Of a DNA stretch of 64,000 nucleotides, positions 12,856 to 23,795 are shown piece after piece. Positions within the stretch are counted from its first letter, which is position 1; the number at the start of each line of letters is the position of its first letter. The translations under genes and the position numbers were made by a program. The notes under the pieces are model-generated. The model saw only the letters and a program-made list of their open reading frames with translations. It had not been told where the DNA came from and did not search any database. Source of the DNA: Ruditapes philippinarum. Its lineage: Eukaryota. The stretch spans positions 124,001 through 188,000 of the forward strand of contig NW_026859228.1 in NCBI RefSeq assembly GCF_026571515.1, in the 5' to 3' direction.

Positions 12856-13041
12856 TTAAGTACATGGTTGCTAAGACGAACTGGTGCAAAAAGATAAAAA
12901 TGTCTAATTTTAAAATTTTGTCAATACAGTTAACATTAGTTTATAATACCTTTGTGTCCGAAAGGTAGTTATTTGACATACAGTGACTATTTGTTGTGTT
13001 TGCTTTTGTTGCATGAGGGGTTCTTATTTGTTTATTTTTTA

Positions 13042-15139
13042 TTATACCCCCAAAAACGATGTTTGGGGGGGGGGGGGGGGTATATAGGAGTCCACCTGGT
13101 GGTCGTCGGTCGGTTGGTTGGTCGGTCGGTCGGTCCAGCGGTCCGTTGCATTTTCCTTGTCCGGAGCATAGCTTGAAGACTAATCATACAATGGTCAAGA
13201 GCAATGAGAAGAAGTGCGGTGCATAAAAACCGTAACTCTATCTTGACAAATTACAGAGTTATTGCTCTTTGTTACTTTTCCTTGTTCGGAGCATAACTTG
13301 AAAACTACTGGTTGAAACTCGAAACAACTTCATACAATTGTCAAGCACAATAAGGGAAAGTGCAGTGCACAATAACCATAACTCTATCTAAAGTCATAAC
13401 AGAGTTATTGCCCTTTGTTATTTTTCCATTGCTTTCTTTTGTTCGGACTATAACTTGAAGACTAATAGTTGGAATTCAATATAACTTCATACAATGGTTA
13501 AGCACATTGAGAGGAAGTGCAGTGTAAAAGAACCATAACTCCATTTTGACTAATTACAGAGTTACTGCCCTTTGTTACTTTTCCTTGTCCGGAGCATAAC
13601 TTGAAAACTACTAGTTGAAACTCAAAACAACTTCATGCAATTGTCAAGCACAATAAGGGGAAGTGCAGTGCACAAGAACCATAACTCTATCTAAAGTAAT
13701 TACAGAGTTATTGCCCTTTGTTATTTTTCCATTGCTTTCTTTTGTCCGGACTCAAACTTAAAGACTAATTGTTGGAATTCAATATAACTTCATACAATGG
13801 TCAAGCACATTGAGAGGAAGTGCAGTGCATGAGAACCATAACTCCATTTTTACTAATTACAGAGTTATTGCCCTTTGTTACTTTTCCTTGTCCGGAGCAT
13901 AACTTGAAAACTACTGGTTGGAATTCAAAACAACTTAATACAATGGCCAAGCACAATAACGGGAAGTGCCATGCATAAGAACCATAACTCCATTTTGACT
14001 AATTACAGAGTTATTGCCCTTTGTTACTTTTCGATTGCTTTTTTTGCCCGGAGCATAACTTGAAGACTACTAGTTGGATTTCAATATAACTTCATACAAT
14101 GGTCAAGCACATTGAGAGGAAGTGCAATGCATGAGAACCATAACTCCATCTTGACTAATGACAGAGTTATTGCCCTTTGTTACTTTTCCTTGTCTGGAGC
14201 ATAACTTGAAAACTACTGGTTGGAATTCAATACAACTTCATGCAGTTGTCAAGCACATTAAGAGGAAATGCAGTGCATAAGAATTATAACTCCATTTTGA
14301 CAAATAACAGAGTTATTGCCCTTTGATACTTTTCCTTGTCTGGAGCATAACTTAAAACATACTGGTTGGAATTTAAAACAACTTCATACAATGGTCAAGC
14401 ACAATAAGAGAAAGTGCAGTGCACAAGAACCATAACTCCATTTTGACTAAATTACAGAGTTACTGCCCTTCGTTACTTTTCCTTGTCCAGAGCATAACTT
14501 GAAAAACTACTAGTTGGATTTAAACCTATTTCATACTATGGTCAAGTATATTGAGAGGAAGTGCAGTGCACAGAAAGCATAACTCTTTTTTTGACTAATT
14601 TAAAAGTTTTTGGCCTTTTTGTTACTTTTTATTGTCCAGTGCATAACTTTAAAAATTAATGGTTGGAATTCAATGAAACTTTATACAATGGTCAAGGGCA
14701 GTGAGATGAAGTGCAGTAACACAAGAACAATAACTCTATTTGGACTAATTACAGTTATTGCTTTTGTTACTTTTTGTCGCAGTGCATAACTTGAAAACTA
14801 GTAGTTGGAATTCAATACAACTTCATACAATGGTCAAGCGCAATGAGAGGAAGTGCAGTGTACAATAGCCATAACTCAATCTTCATTATTTATAGAGTTA
14901 TTGCCCTTTGTTCCTTTTCCTTGTCTTTCTGGACTTCTTACAGAGTAATCCAATAAAACTTCATCAATGGCCAACCACATTGAAAGGAAATGCAACATAC
15001 AAGAACCACAACTATCTTTAATTGCCCACAACCATAACTCTGTTTCAATTCTTTACAAGGTATTTTGTTACTAGTAACATCCTCATTTCCGAAGCAGTCT
15101 TGCAGGGGGTATTAATCACATTTAGTGATAGTTCTAGTT
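13042..15139 (+). mobile_element. Helentron-associated non-autonomous element (HINE/DINE-1-like) with an internal ~146-bp tandem array
   Basis: 5' ATACCCCC with a nearby inverted GGGGTAT, then a (GGTC)n microsatellite and about 12 tandem monomers. It ends with a 3' GGGGGTAT subTIR (15105), an ATCAC..GTGAT hairpin and CTAGTTT. The element is absent from the matching T-rich intron site in units 2 (about 26290) and 3 (about 34425). Confidence 0.85.
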
Positions 15140-15232
15140 TTATTTAGCCCATCAAATTCCCTTAGAATACCTACACACATTGCAGCAAATTGACAACAGA
15201 TACAAATAGGGTAGAATAAACTTCAACTTTAA

Positions 15233-15533
15233 AGGTACATTTTGCTTTAGAACCGAATAATTTTTCTTCCTTAAAAAGGGTTTAAAACGTTTAAACAATA
15301 TATTTAGATAATGTTAGATCATTATCTCGTAAGACTCCATGTATCGATGAATTTGAAAATATTTGTCATAAAAGTACCAACTGCCCCCATCCCGGCCCCT
15401 CCAAAAAGAAAGCAACAGATGCAATAGTTCAAGTAATTGACCAATAAGTAACTTTTCTGAAATAATAAGAGGGCACCAAAAATAAAAACTGTTGAGAAAT
15501 AAAAATAAAGCAATTTTTCGGTGTCATGGGCCT
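15233..15533. mobile_element. Old Kolobok-type MITE in intron 1 (shared by units 1-3)
   Basis: ttaa-AGGTACAT...ATGGGCCT-ttaa. Paralogous copies at about 26397-26725 and 34531-34885. Confidence 0.5.
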
Positions 15534-15887
15534 TTAAGGAAATAAATTAGCAAACATTATGTATGTTCAAATGTAAGTTAATATAAAATATTTAATACTT
15601 AGTATCCTTTAGTATTTCAAGAAATGATTTATCTTCAATTACTATTGTTTCGCTGGCTTTTTTAGTTAATGACCTTTAGTTTATTTAGTTATTTTATTTA
15701 ATTTTATTAACTCCTTACGCTATGCACGCCCATTAACCAAACAGATAAAGGGTGTAATGATTAGTTTCGTTATATATGTTGAAATTGATGTAAAAGTTTT
15801 ATAAAAAAAATATAAACAATGAAATTGTCTTAATAAGATGTGTACTGTTTAAGGCAAATTTAAGGGTGAAAACTGACGATGCATTAA

Positions 15888-16246
15888 AGGCACACTATGT
15901 CCCAGAAACAAAAAGGTTTTTAATTCTTTAGGAAGTGCAAACATGAATTTTATAATCTTAAAAAATGATTTTAGAGTATGTAAGATGTTTGTTACATGAA
16001 GAAAGTAACGATAAAAGTGAAATAATAAAGGTAGCAAAATGTAAACAACATAGTAATTTAACTTCAATACAAAATACTCATTCAATATAACGGTTCATAT
16101 TGCCAAAAAGGACAGATAAAAAAGATGGTTCAGGTAAATGACCAATGAGTAATTCTTTGGATACTGTAAAAGTACATGTATACCAAAATTAAAAACAAAA
16201 CTTTTGAAAAATAAAAATAAAAACAATTCTGAAGAATAATGGGCCT
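15888..16246. mobile_element. Old Kolobok-type MITE just upstream of the acceptor (shared by units 1-3)
   Basis: ttaa-AGGCACACTAT...ATAATGGGCCT-ttaa. Paralogues at about 27273-27633 and 35528-35860. Confidence 0.5.
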
Positions 16247-16303
16247 TTAAATAAAATCAAAATGTAAATCATTATTTTGATGTAATATTCTTTTCAGGCA
16301 TAA

Positions 16304-18019
16304 ATGGAGGTCCCCGGGAAACTTGGCCATGAAGACACGACATTACTATGTCTCCCGTGTGATAGAGATGGTTTGAAGGAACCAGTTTATGGTTTTTGCC
16401 AGGACTGCCAGGAGCATCTATGTGAAACATGCTACAAACATCACAGACGTGCACGTCCATTAAGAAATCATGTCCTAATCGACAAAGAATCCATGCCAAA
16501 GACCCGGGCAATCGCATCTACAAAATCGGACGATACGGCAGATCTTTGCGAGAAACACCTTGATAAACCATTAGAATTCTATTGTAGAGATCACAAATTG
16601 GTAGCTTGTTATGTTTGTGTGACCCTGGAACACAAACAATGTAACGTGGATTACATTCCTGATGTTTCTGGAAACATATCTGACGAGATGACAGATATAT
16701 TAGAACAAATGGAATCGTTGATTACAAAATGTAAATGGAATGTAGAATATGTTAGCAAAGCTGCGCAAAATCTAGATCAGAGTCATTCTAAAGTTGTTGA
16801 AGATATCAAAGTCTTCAGGAAAGAAATAAATGAATGTTTGGATAGAATGGAAACCCAGATATTAAAAGAAGCTGACACAATTGTAAAAGGTGCAAAAAGT
16901 AAACAGGAAACCGTATTAAATGCTTGCTTAGAGATAACTGAAGAACTTGAATGTTCACATTCGTTGTTAATTGCATTAAGAGAAGAAAACAAGCAAAACA
17001 AGCTTTTCATTGAGATGAAAAACGCCGAAAAACGTCTATCGATATTGACAGATAAGGAAGTGCAAGTATCAGATGCAAATGCAACAATTAAATGTATCAA
17101 ATTTACAAGGAACACAAGCCTCTTAGATCGACTGCGGAATGACAATGAATTTGGAACATTGTTAACAGGTGTACAGCCGTCTTCAGATAAAACATTAAAT
17201 TTACAATATGATGATACACTAAACCTGAAGTATAAATCCGATAAGAAAGAATGTCACATCACTGGTATAGCTATGATTGCTCCTATGAAAATTATTGTTG
17301 CTGACAGTAACAACAACAGTATCAAAATGATTGACGTTGAGACAAGATCTGGTATAAAAGAGATAATTTTGTCTTCACGACCAGATGATGTTGTTACTAT
17401 TCCAGAAAAAAAAATAGCTGTGACTTTAACAAATGAAAAAATTATTCAGTTATTGTCTCATACTGAAGCAGAACTTTCATTAGATCGACGTATAGCTGTA
17501 GGAGAATATTGCAATGGTGTAGCTTATTGCCAGAATAAGTTTGTTGTATCTTGCTGGGATTCAAAGAAAATAATTATTATCAATCATGAAGGAGATATTC
17601 TCAATGTCCTTGGTTCTCCTGCTATGTTTTATGGACCAGTCAGAGTTTCGGTCAGCAATGATGAGAAGTTCATATATGTCTCAGATACGGATTTCAAAAA
17701 CAATAGCAAGGTTGTGAAAATTGATTGGAAAGGAAATGTTATCAACAAATTTGTAGACTCCAGATGTAAATCTCTCTTGGCTCTACACATGTTAGAAGAT
17801 GACACGGCACTAGTGTGTAACAGATACAGTAACACTGTCCTTAGACTGTCAAGCAGCTTAAAGAGATGTGACATCAGTGGACTAGAGAAAGAAAATATCT
17901 ATTTCCCAACAGCTGTAACATACTGTGATAGAGAACAAAAACTGTACGTTTGTTGTTCATCAGTGAAAGAAGACTGGCGGGCTGATATTGTGAAAGTATT
18001 CCAAATGTATTGGATCTAG
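16304..18019 (+). CDS. RING-less TRIM-like protein (B-box1, B-box2, coiled coil, NHL-like beta-propeller), copy 1, intact, 571 aa
   Basis: B-box1 CLPC..CQDCQEHLCETCYKHH..H and B-box2 CEKH..FYCRDH..ACYVC..EHKQC. A heptad-rich helical middle is followed by six blade-like repeats (e.g. ITGIA..IIVAD.NN.IK, CNGVAY..FVVS, GPVRV..FIYVSD, PTAVTY..KLYV). Acceptor TTTTCAG ends at 16297; AATAAA at about 18035. Confidence 0.93.
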   Translation: MEVPGKLGHEDTTLLCLPCDRDGLKEPVYGFCQDCQEHLCETCYKHHRRARPLRNHVLIDKESMPKTRAIASTKSDDTADLCEKHLDKPLEFYCRDHKLVACYVCVTLEHKQCNVDYIPDVSGNISDEMTDILEQMESLITKCKWNVEYVSKAAQNLDQSHSKVVEDIKVFRKEINECLDRMETQILKEADTIVKGAKSKQETVLNACLEITEELECSHSLLIALREENKQNKLFIEMKNAEKRLSILTDKEVQVSDANATIKCIKFTRNTSLLDRLRNDNEFGTLLTGVQPSSDKTLNLQYDDTLNLKYKSDKKECHITGIAMIAPMKIIVADSNNNSIKMIDVETRSGIKEIILSSRPDDVVTIPEKKIAVTLTNEKIIQLLSHTEAELSLDRRIAVGEYCNGVAYCQNKFVVSCWDSKKIIIINHEGDILNVLGSPAMFYGPVRVSVSNDEKFIYVSDTDFKNNSKVVKIDWKGNVINKFVDSRCKSLLALHMLEDDTALVCNRYSNTVLRLSSSLKRCDISGLEKENIYFPTAVTYCDREQKLYVCCSSVKEDWRADIVKVFQMYWI

Positions 18020-18214
18020 GCGTCACAATCGTTTAATAAATTTTTACAGAATTTTGTATGAACGTTTCATGAACGGATAAAATATGGCAGTGTGACGTTT
18101 AAAAATCGAATAATTTTCAATGTTGACATTCTTCATATATAAAGGAAATATACATTGTAACAGTTTCGAATTTTAACAATCTTGTAATGTTGATATGAAC
18201 ATGTTACACAATCA

Positions 18215-18520
18215 TCAGATACATGTTTGAGCAATAGTAAGAATGCTTTAAAATTGATTGTGAAGGGAATTGCATGAACGTTTTTGAAGAAACAGGATCT
18301 TTATGTCTATGGTACTATATGATCTATAACCATAAAAGATGAGATGATACCTGTGTGTTTCAAAGGCAGCGATACGTCTTGAAACCGCCTAGCAGCTTAA
18401 ACAGATATGGTATTATTATACTAGAGAAAGCGAATATTTATCATCCATAAGTTGCAACATTCTTTGACGAATAAATGAATGCTAGTATTGTTAAACTGTT
18501 TCCATTTCAAACGGATCTTC
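18215..18520 (+). pseudogene. Decayed duplicate of the TRIM-like 3' coding end (last propeller blades)
   Basis: AAAATTGATTGTGAAGGGAA..AACGTTTTTGAAGAAACAGGAT..GCAGCTTAAACAGAT..CTAGAGAAAGCGAATATTTATC aligns to about 50735-51035, with many stops and indels. Confidence 0.75.
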
Positions 18521-19039
18521 GCGTAACCAGAAAATATAATGTCATACTTTTTGACTTGAGGATGAAACTGTAGTTATATCAGCTGATTAGCTAGCTTATA
18601 ATATATGCACATTGCGCATGCTCAATAACATATAATGTTAGGGATTTTAGAAAAATAAATGTACATCTTGTAGAGTAAACACGTGTTTGTCTTACATCAC
18701 TATTTTGTGAAGTCTTCTTGATTATTTTAACTCCCAACATCAAAAACAAAAATAATTACCCTTCGCACTTTGCAGAAAAACGATTTAACGCACCTGAATA
18801 TGTTTTTTGCTTCAAAAAAATTAATTTTACTTTATTTAATTGACAATTTACATCATTATTGCAGTATATTTAACATGAAAAAATAGTTCCTCACTTTTAT
18901 TTTTCTGTAGCTCTCAACAAGACAACAATTGTATATATTAGCATTTTATTTACTTCGCTATATGTAACAAAATAATTGGTGATTTTTTAAATGAAATTAA
19001 ATATAATTGAAGAAATAAAATGAATTGTATTAGTGCCAA

Positions 19040-19790
19040 ATGTTCATAATAATAAGACGACGTGTCATGTGCAACACCCATTACCCTACCTTAAATTTCT
19101 GTTATATGGCATATTTTGTATATGGTCCATAATTTTTCATCGTTTATATCAATTTAAAATTACTTGGTACAAAGGTTTAAAATAATGTGACGATGTGACC
19201 CTTCAAGGTCAAGTTCACATTTGAAGGTCAATGTTAACATTGACCTTCGGTCCTTAATTGTTTTCATCGTTCAAGTGATTTTGAAATTACTTGTTCAAGG
19301 GATTTTGAAAATGCTTGCCAAAAATGTTCACAATAATGGAACGACGTATCATGCGCAACACCCGGACCCCTATCTTTAAGGTCAATGTCACACTTAATAC
19401 AGAACTTTTTTTAGTTCTATTGTGTAGGTAGCTGTAAGCTAAGATACACTCTTGAATCCGTTCCTTGAACCAACCAGTACAGAGCAATCAGTGTAAAGTT
19501 TCTTGCTCAAGGAAACGGACTTGCCTCTGACGGGGTTCGAACATATATGTCACACTTGTGGACTAAATATGATAAACAAGATCAACAAGGAAAGGCGGCG
19601 TTCAATGAACGCAACCCCCACACGAACCAGCAACAAACTCCAGTGGCAATGAGCCCAGGAGGACCCCAAACAGTTTAACATAGTTTGTTATAGGATATGT
19701 TTTGTGCCCACGCCATAACATTTTCATCGATCAAGGTACATGTATTTTGAAATAACTTTACTCAAATGTTCACAATAATAATATGACACG
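19040..19790 (+). repeat. Degenerate tandem-repeat core of a HINE-like element, with nested insertions
   Basis: Repeated AATGTTCACAATAATAAGACGACGTGTCATGTGCAACACCC..CAAGGTCAATGTCACA units, homologous to 30860-31510. Confidence 0.55.
19406..19542 (-). mobile_element. 5'-truncated tRNA-derived (CORE-like) SINE
   Basis: The minus strand reads GTTCGAACCCC (B-box), then GTTTCCTTGAGCAAGAAACTTTAC (CORE-like), then an A-rich tail. Flanked by the direct repeat ATGTCACACTT (19385-19395 and 19547-19557). Confidence 0.65.
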
Positions 19791-20139
19791 ATGTTTTAAC
19801 ATGGAAAAACGCGATTTTGTGTATTTTCATCAAGGTTACGTGTAACCAATGCTGAAAAACCTTTGACTCTGTCTCAATCCGTTGATAAGTTGCAGCACTT
19901 TGAAATCAGTTTTGATGGAAAAAGTTAACGCAAACTTGTGATGGTTACAGGAAAGACTGAGCATGTCGTTAGAAAGGCAATGGTCCAGTCAACAAGTTTG
20001 ATTAGTATTGAAGCAGTATTTATAGTTTTATAGCAATTTGAACTTGTAACGGGAGACTTTTCAATGAAAACAGCAAATTTCACAAAATGCTCATGCAGTA
20101 ATGGGTTCAATGACACTACATATCTATAATTCGACCACA

Positions 20140-21660
20140 TATAGTGTTAAGAATTTTAAACATTACATATCTACTTTGTGTGAAATTAAAACATGTTTAT
20201 TTTTAAATTTACAAAGGGACTGAATAGCAATTATCAATGTTTTGTGATATCAAATTTGAGCAAAATATATCTTTGAGGGCTACTTTTTAGAAAAACATGC
20301 TCATGTAATGATTTTTATGCTTAAAATACTCCATACTGCCTCTCCTAATTAAAATCAAGTGCAATTATATAATTGATTAGTCACGCTTCAAATGGTTGAG
20401 GTCACATAATCCGAAACCTCATAATCAATACAGAAATAAATTAGGCATGACTCTTGGGACCTCCATACCAAATCTAAGGTCAAGATTTTCCTAGGTTTTT
20501 GAAATTGACCAGACAAGCATTGTGTGGTCAATGTCACAGTGACTTTTGAGCTATTAACCTCGAAGAATAAGGTGGTCATTTACTAGGTATGACAAAGTCT
20601 CATAAATACTAAAGATCAATATGTTATGTAGTTTTTGGTCGTATAATCTGTCTTGTCAATGTCACAACTACATCAACCTCCAGATATTTGCCATCAATCT
20701 TAATCGGGGTCATCTATTAGTCAACTTCAACCTCCCACTAAATATATGGATTCTTGGCCTTAGTATTTGCTGGTTATAGGTTGGACAAACATTTTTGCGA
20801 GGTCCCAGTGACAATAATAACCTAGGTTTGAGTCACTGTGATTTTACATTTAAGCGACTATTGGCTAAAGCATTTCATAATCATAGGCTAGGTTTAAAGA
20901 CAACATGCAAAGCAATTTCTATGGAAAAGGATTGGGAATACTAGTAATAGTTCTTTAAAAGCTTAATCATTTTTAAATGTTATCATTTTGTAGTCTCTTA
21001 AGTTGAAGCAAGTTATTCATAGTTATATCTGGAATATCAAAAGTTCACTTTGTCAAAAAGTAGTTGATATTTTAGAACCTTGCTTTAATTTAACACGTAA
21101 CACGACAGAGTATTAATTTGAAATTATCACACTAATTTAACGTATAAGTATAGAAATCAACGTCAAAGTAAAAGGTTCGAAAAGCTGAACAGCTTTTTGT
21201 TTTTGTTGTTTTCTTTTTCCCTCAAATGATTCCGTCAAGTGCAAACTTAATAACGTCTTTAGCATTTTCTAACAATTTTACATGTCTTAATAAATGATAT
21301 AATTAGTAAATTGTAAAATTCATTCGATATGAATCACATTAAAACATGGTTTTTATTATCAAACATTTTGATTGCATTTGTTTAATTCATGCATCTGCCA
21401 ATTTTTGTAAATGTTTGATTGCATTGAAATTGCAATAATTTTGTTCTCTTAACTGATAGTTTCCTTATTATTTATTACAAACGAAATCAATGTATGAACA
21501 CATGTTTAAAAGTAATCAACATAACTCCACTACTAAACAACCCATTTATCAGTGCTTGAAAGTAATCAGTATCATTGATGATAAATATTACTTTTAAGGA
21601 TGTGATGAAAATATGGTAAAGTAAAGTAACACGTGTCTACTTTTTAAATTTATCTCTAAT
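20140..21660 (+). repeat. Intergenic segment duplicated with the gene unit (paralogue at about 31878-33385)
   Basis: Colinear high similarity over about 1.5 kb, marking the tandem segmental duplication of units 1-3. Confidence 0.85.
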
Positions 21661-21884
21661 AACTTTATTTGTTTGTATTGTTAAGAGCATTCAGTTGCAA
21701 GTATTAAAAACACATTTCAAATCAATACAATTGTTTTCCGTTGAATATGTATTTAATAATAAACATTTTAGTGAATACAATATATAAATACACTCAGTAT
21801 TATAGTAAAACATGTAATAGATCGCACTATCAACGCTAGAAAGTTTCGCTTTGTTTTAAATACAGATGAAGGACACGTTCGTTT

Positions 21885-22250
21885 AAAATTCAGGATTTAT
21901 TTTCATCGAGAGGTATGAAAATAAATATTTCACAAGTGGCAGTAACCACAAGTGAAATATGAAAATTTTAAACACAAAGGTGAAATAAAATCCCGTATGA
22001 ATAGATAAACTTGAATTTTCAGTTTATGATTTACTTTTCCTCTTTTGTAATCTATGATAAGTAAGAATTACCGTTTAATTTTGTGTATTGACTGAATTTA
22101 GAAGAAACAAATCCGGCAAAACACCACTTAGAATTTGGAAAAGTCCTTCAGTAAAGTTGAATACAATTTTTTACAGTGAAAATACGGAAAATAAAAATAC
22201 GCTTTTTATTTCATCAATTTTTCATTTATAACTATATAAGAAATGTATTT
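21885..22250. mobile_element. Possible Crypton-like non-autonomous repeat, present in unit 2 and absent from unit 3
   Basis: TTTCACAAGTGGCAGTAACCACAAGTGAAATAT motif with the inverted pair GATTTATTTT..AAATAAAATC. It lies in a segment missing at about 33405. The family call is from recollection only. Confidence 0.35.
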
Positions 22251-22562
22251 ATAAGGATAGTTAATGGCTTTGACTTACTAATATCCTGTTCAATTGACAA
22301 AAGACTTTTATACATTTGTATTTTTTTCTTCAAAATAATCATAATTGTTAAACCTGGTATGGTCGTATTGATCTTTACAGTAATTTCAATAATTTCGTAT
22401 GAAACTGCCTTTTTATTTCAGTTCAAAGAAAGAAGAAGGATGAACCCTCAGAAGCATTAGTCACAAATAAATTACATGAAAATTACACACTCGGTTTGAT
22501 TGAGTCTGTATATGTGTAATAATTAATAAATGGAACATGTCTCACAACCACTAGCACCGGCT

Positions 22563-22923
22563 CATAACCTCTGATCCCCTTTCAAAATTCAATTTTAATT
22601 AGTTCCGCCCATTGTTTTCTCGTTTAGGACACACGCTTTTTAATACTTGGGGACCATACGCCGCTTTTCATGGAATGGCACGGAAGTGTCATATTGAAGG
22701 TTCCATGATAACCGCCGTATGAACACATCTGCGGATGTTTCTAAATTCAAAATTTTACTATTTCATGTTTAAATGTTGAATTCTGCTTAAGCCGGTGCTA
22801 GGGGGCGTGGACGGTAACTTACACTTTCCAGTACCGTCCATTAACAGGCTCAATCAAACCGAGCCTGCAACATTTTCAATTTTGTCGTGTTGGGCATTCT
22901 TTACGGATTCTGTATTTATGTAT
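22563..22923 (-). repeat. Family A copy inserted into a family B copy
   Basis: Splits CACCGGCT|TGAGCG, which is intact at about 33549-33562. Confidence 0.8.
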
Positions 22924-23392
22924 TGAGCGGCGGTACTCAGTTTTCAACACTTAAAAGTGCTGGAATAAATGATCCTGAAGCCATGACATAAAGATCAAGA
23001 TATAAATTGCGACTTTCTAACGACATTATCTAGTCAAACAGAACCATGGGAAAGATATTCATGCAGGGCTCTGATGTCATCTTTAAATAAAAATATTTCT
23101 ACAATACCTGCGTTTTCGTTCTTATATCACTTCAATTTATCGTTTCATTTATCAAAGGGACAAAACTGCAACATATTCGAATGTTACTTAGCTGTCGCGA
23201 TTGTTTCCCTTAAGTAGTATCTTGTTATTGTTGAAGTAGGACTAAATCTGTTAAAGAATTCTTAAAAAGTACAATCAACATTGTAATACGGATATGTGCT
23301 CAATATTTCACATATTTCATAAGAATACGAACAATTGTATGAACTTAACTTGATATTCACAGAATTTATTAAAGAGTAATATTTCATACGAA

Positions 23393-23467
23393 AAGAGTGC
23401 ATTCCCCTTGTTTTTAAACTTCCGTGTTCTAAAGTTCAAAAGTTTGCTTTTTGATTAGAAGGTAAGA
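23393..23467 (+). promoter_or_regulatory. Promoter / non-coding exon 1 module of copy 2 (donor GT at 23462)
   Basis: ACTTCCGTGTTCT at 23418 and AAG|GTAAG. The E-box is degenerate (GTCATGTAAC, 23607). Confidence 0.55.
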
Positions 23468-23795
23468 AATGTAATAATAATAATATCATATTTACAATAA
23501 ATCATATTTCAAACGTTTCTTAACAAGGTGAATTTAAGTACTTAATAGTGTTGTGTTTATTACATTCTTTTAGGATAAATATGTATATTGATAGATTTCA
23601 CAACATGTCATGTAACTTAAGTACACATTGTAAATAAACGAACGGGTGTGTTGTATAGTGGATGAACTGACTTTTACATTTTTATACTATTAGTGTATAT
23701 AACTGCTCTGATCAACTCGCACATTCAAACTCCCCAGACTGGGCTTTAAGACAAGTATTTATCATGAAAACTCAACAAGTAAAACCACTGATGTA

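Noticed and set aside
13150-14930. CRISPR-like array
   Set aside because: These are contiguous tandem monomers without unique spacers, in a eukaryotic context with no cas genes.
16272-17874. Minus-strand ORFs overlapping the TRIM-like genes (also 27658-28501, 36397-36921, 41410-42014, 49800-50045)
   Set aside because: These are antisense shadows of the real coding frame. They recur only because the sense gene is duplicated and have no independent protein signature.
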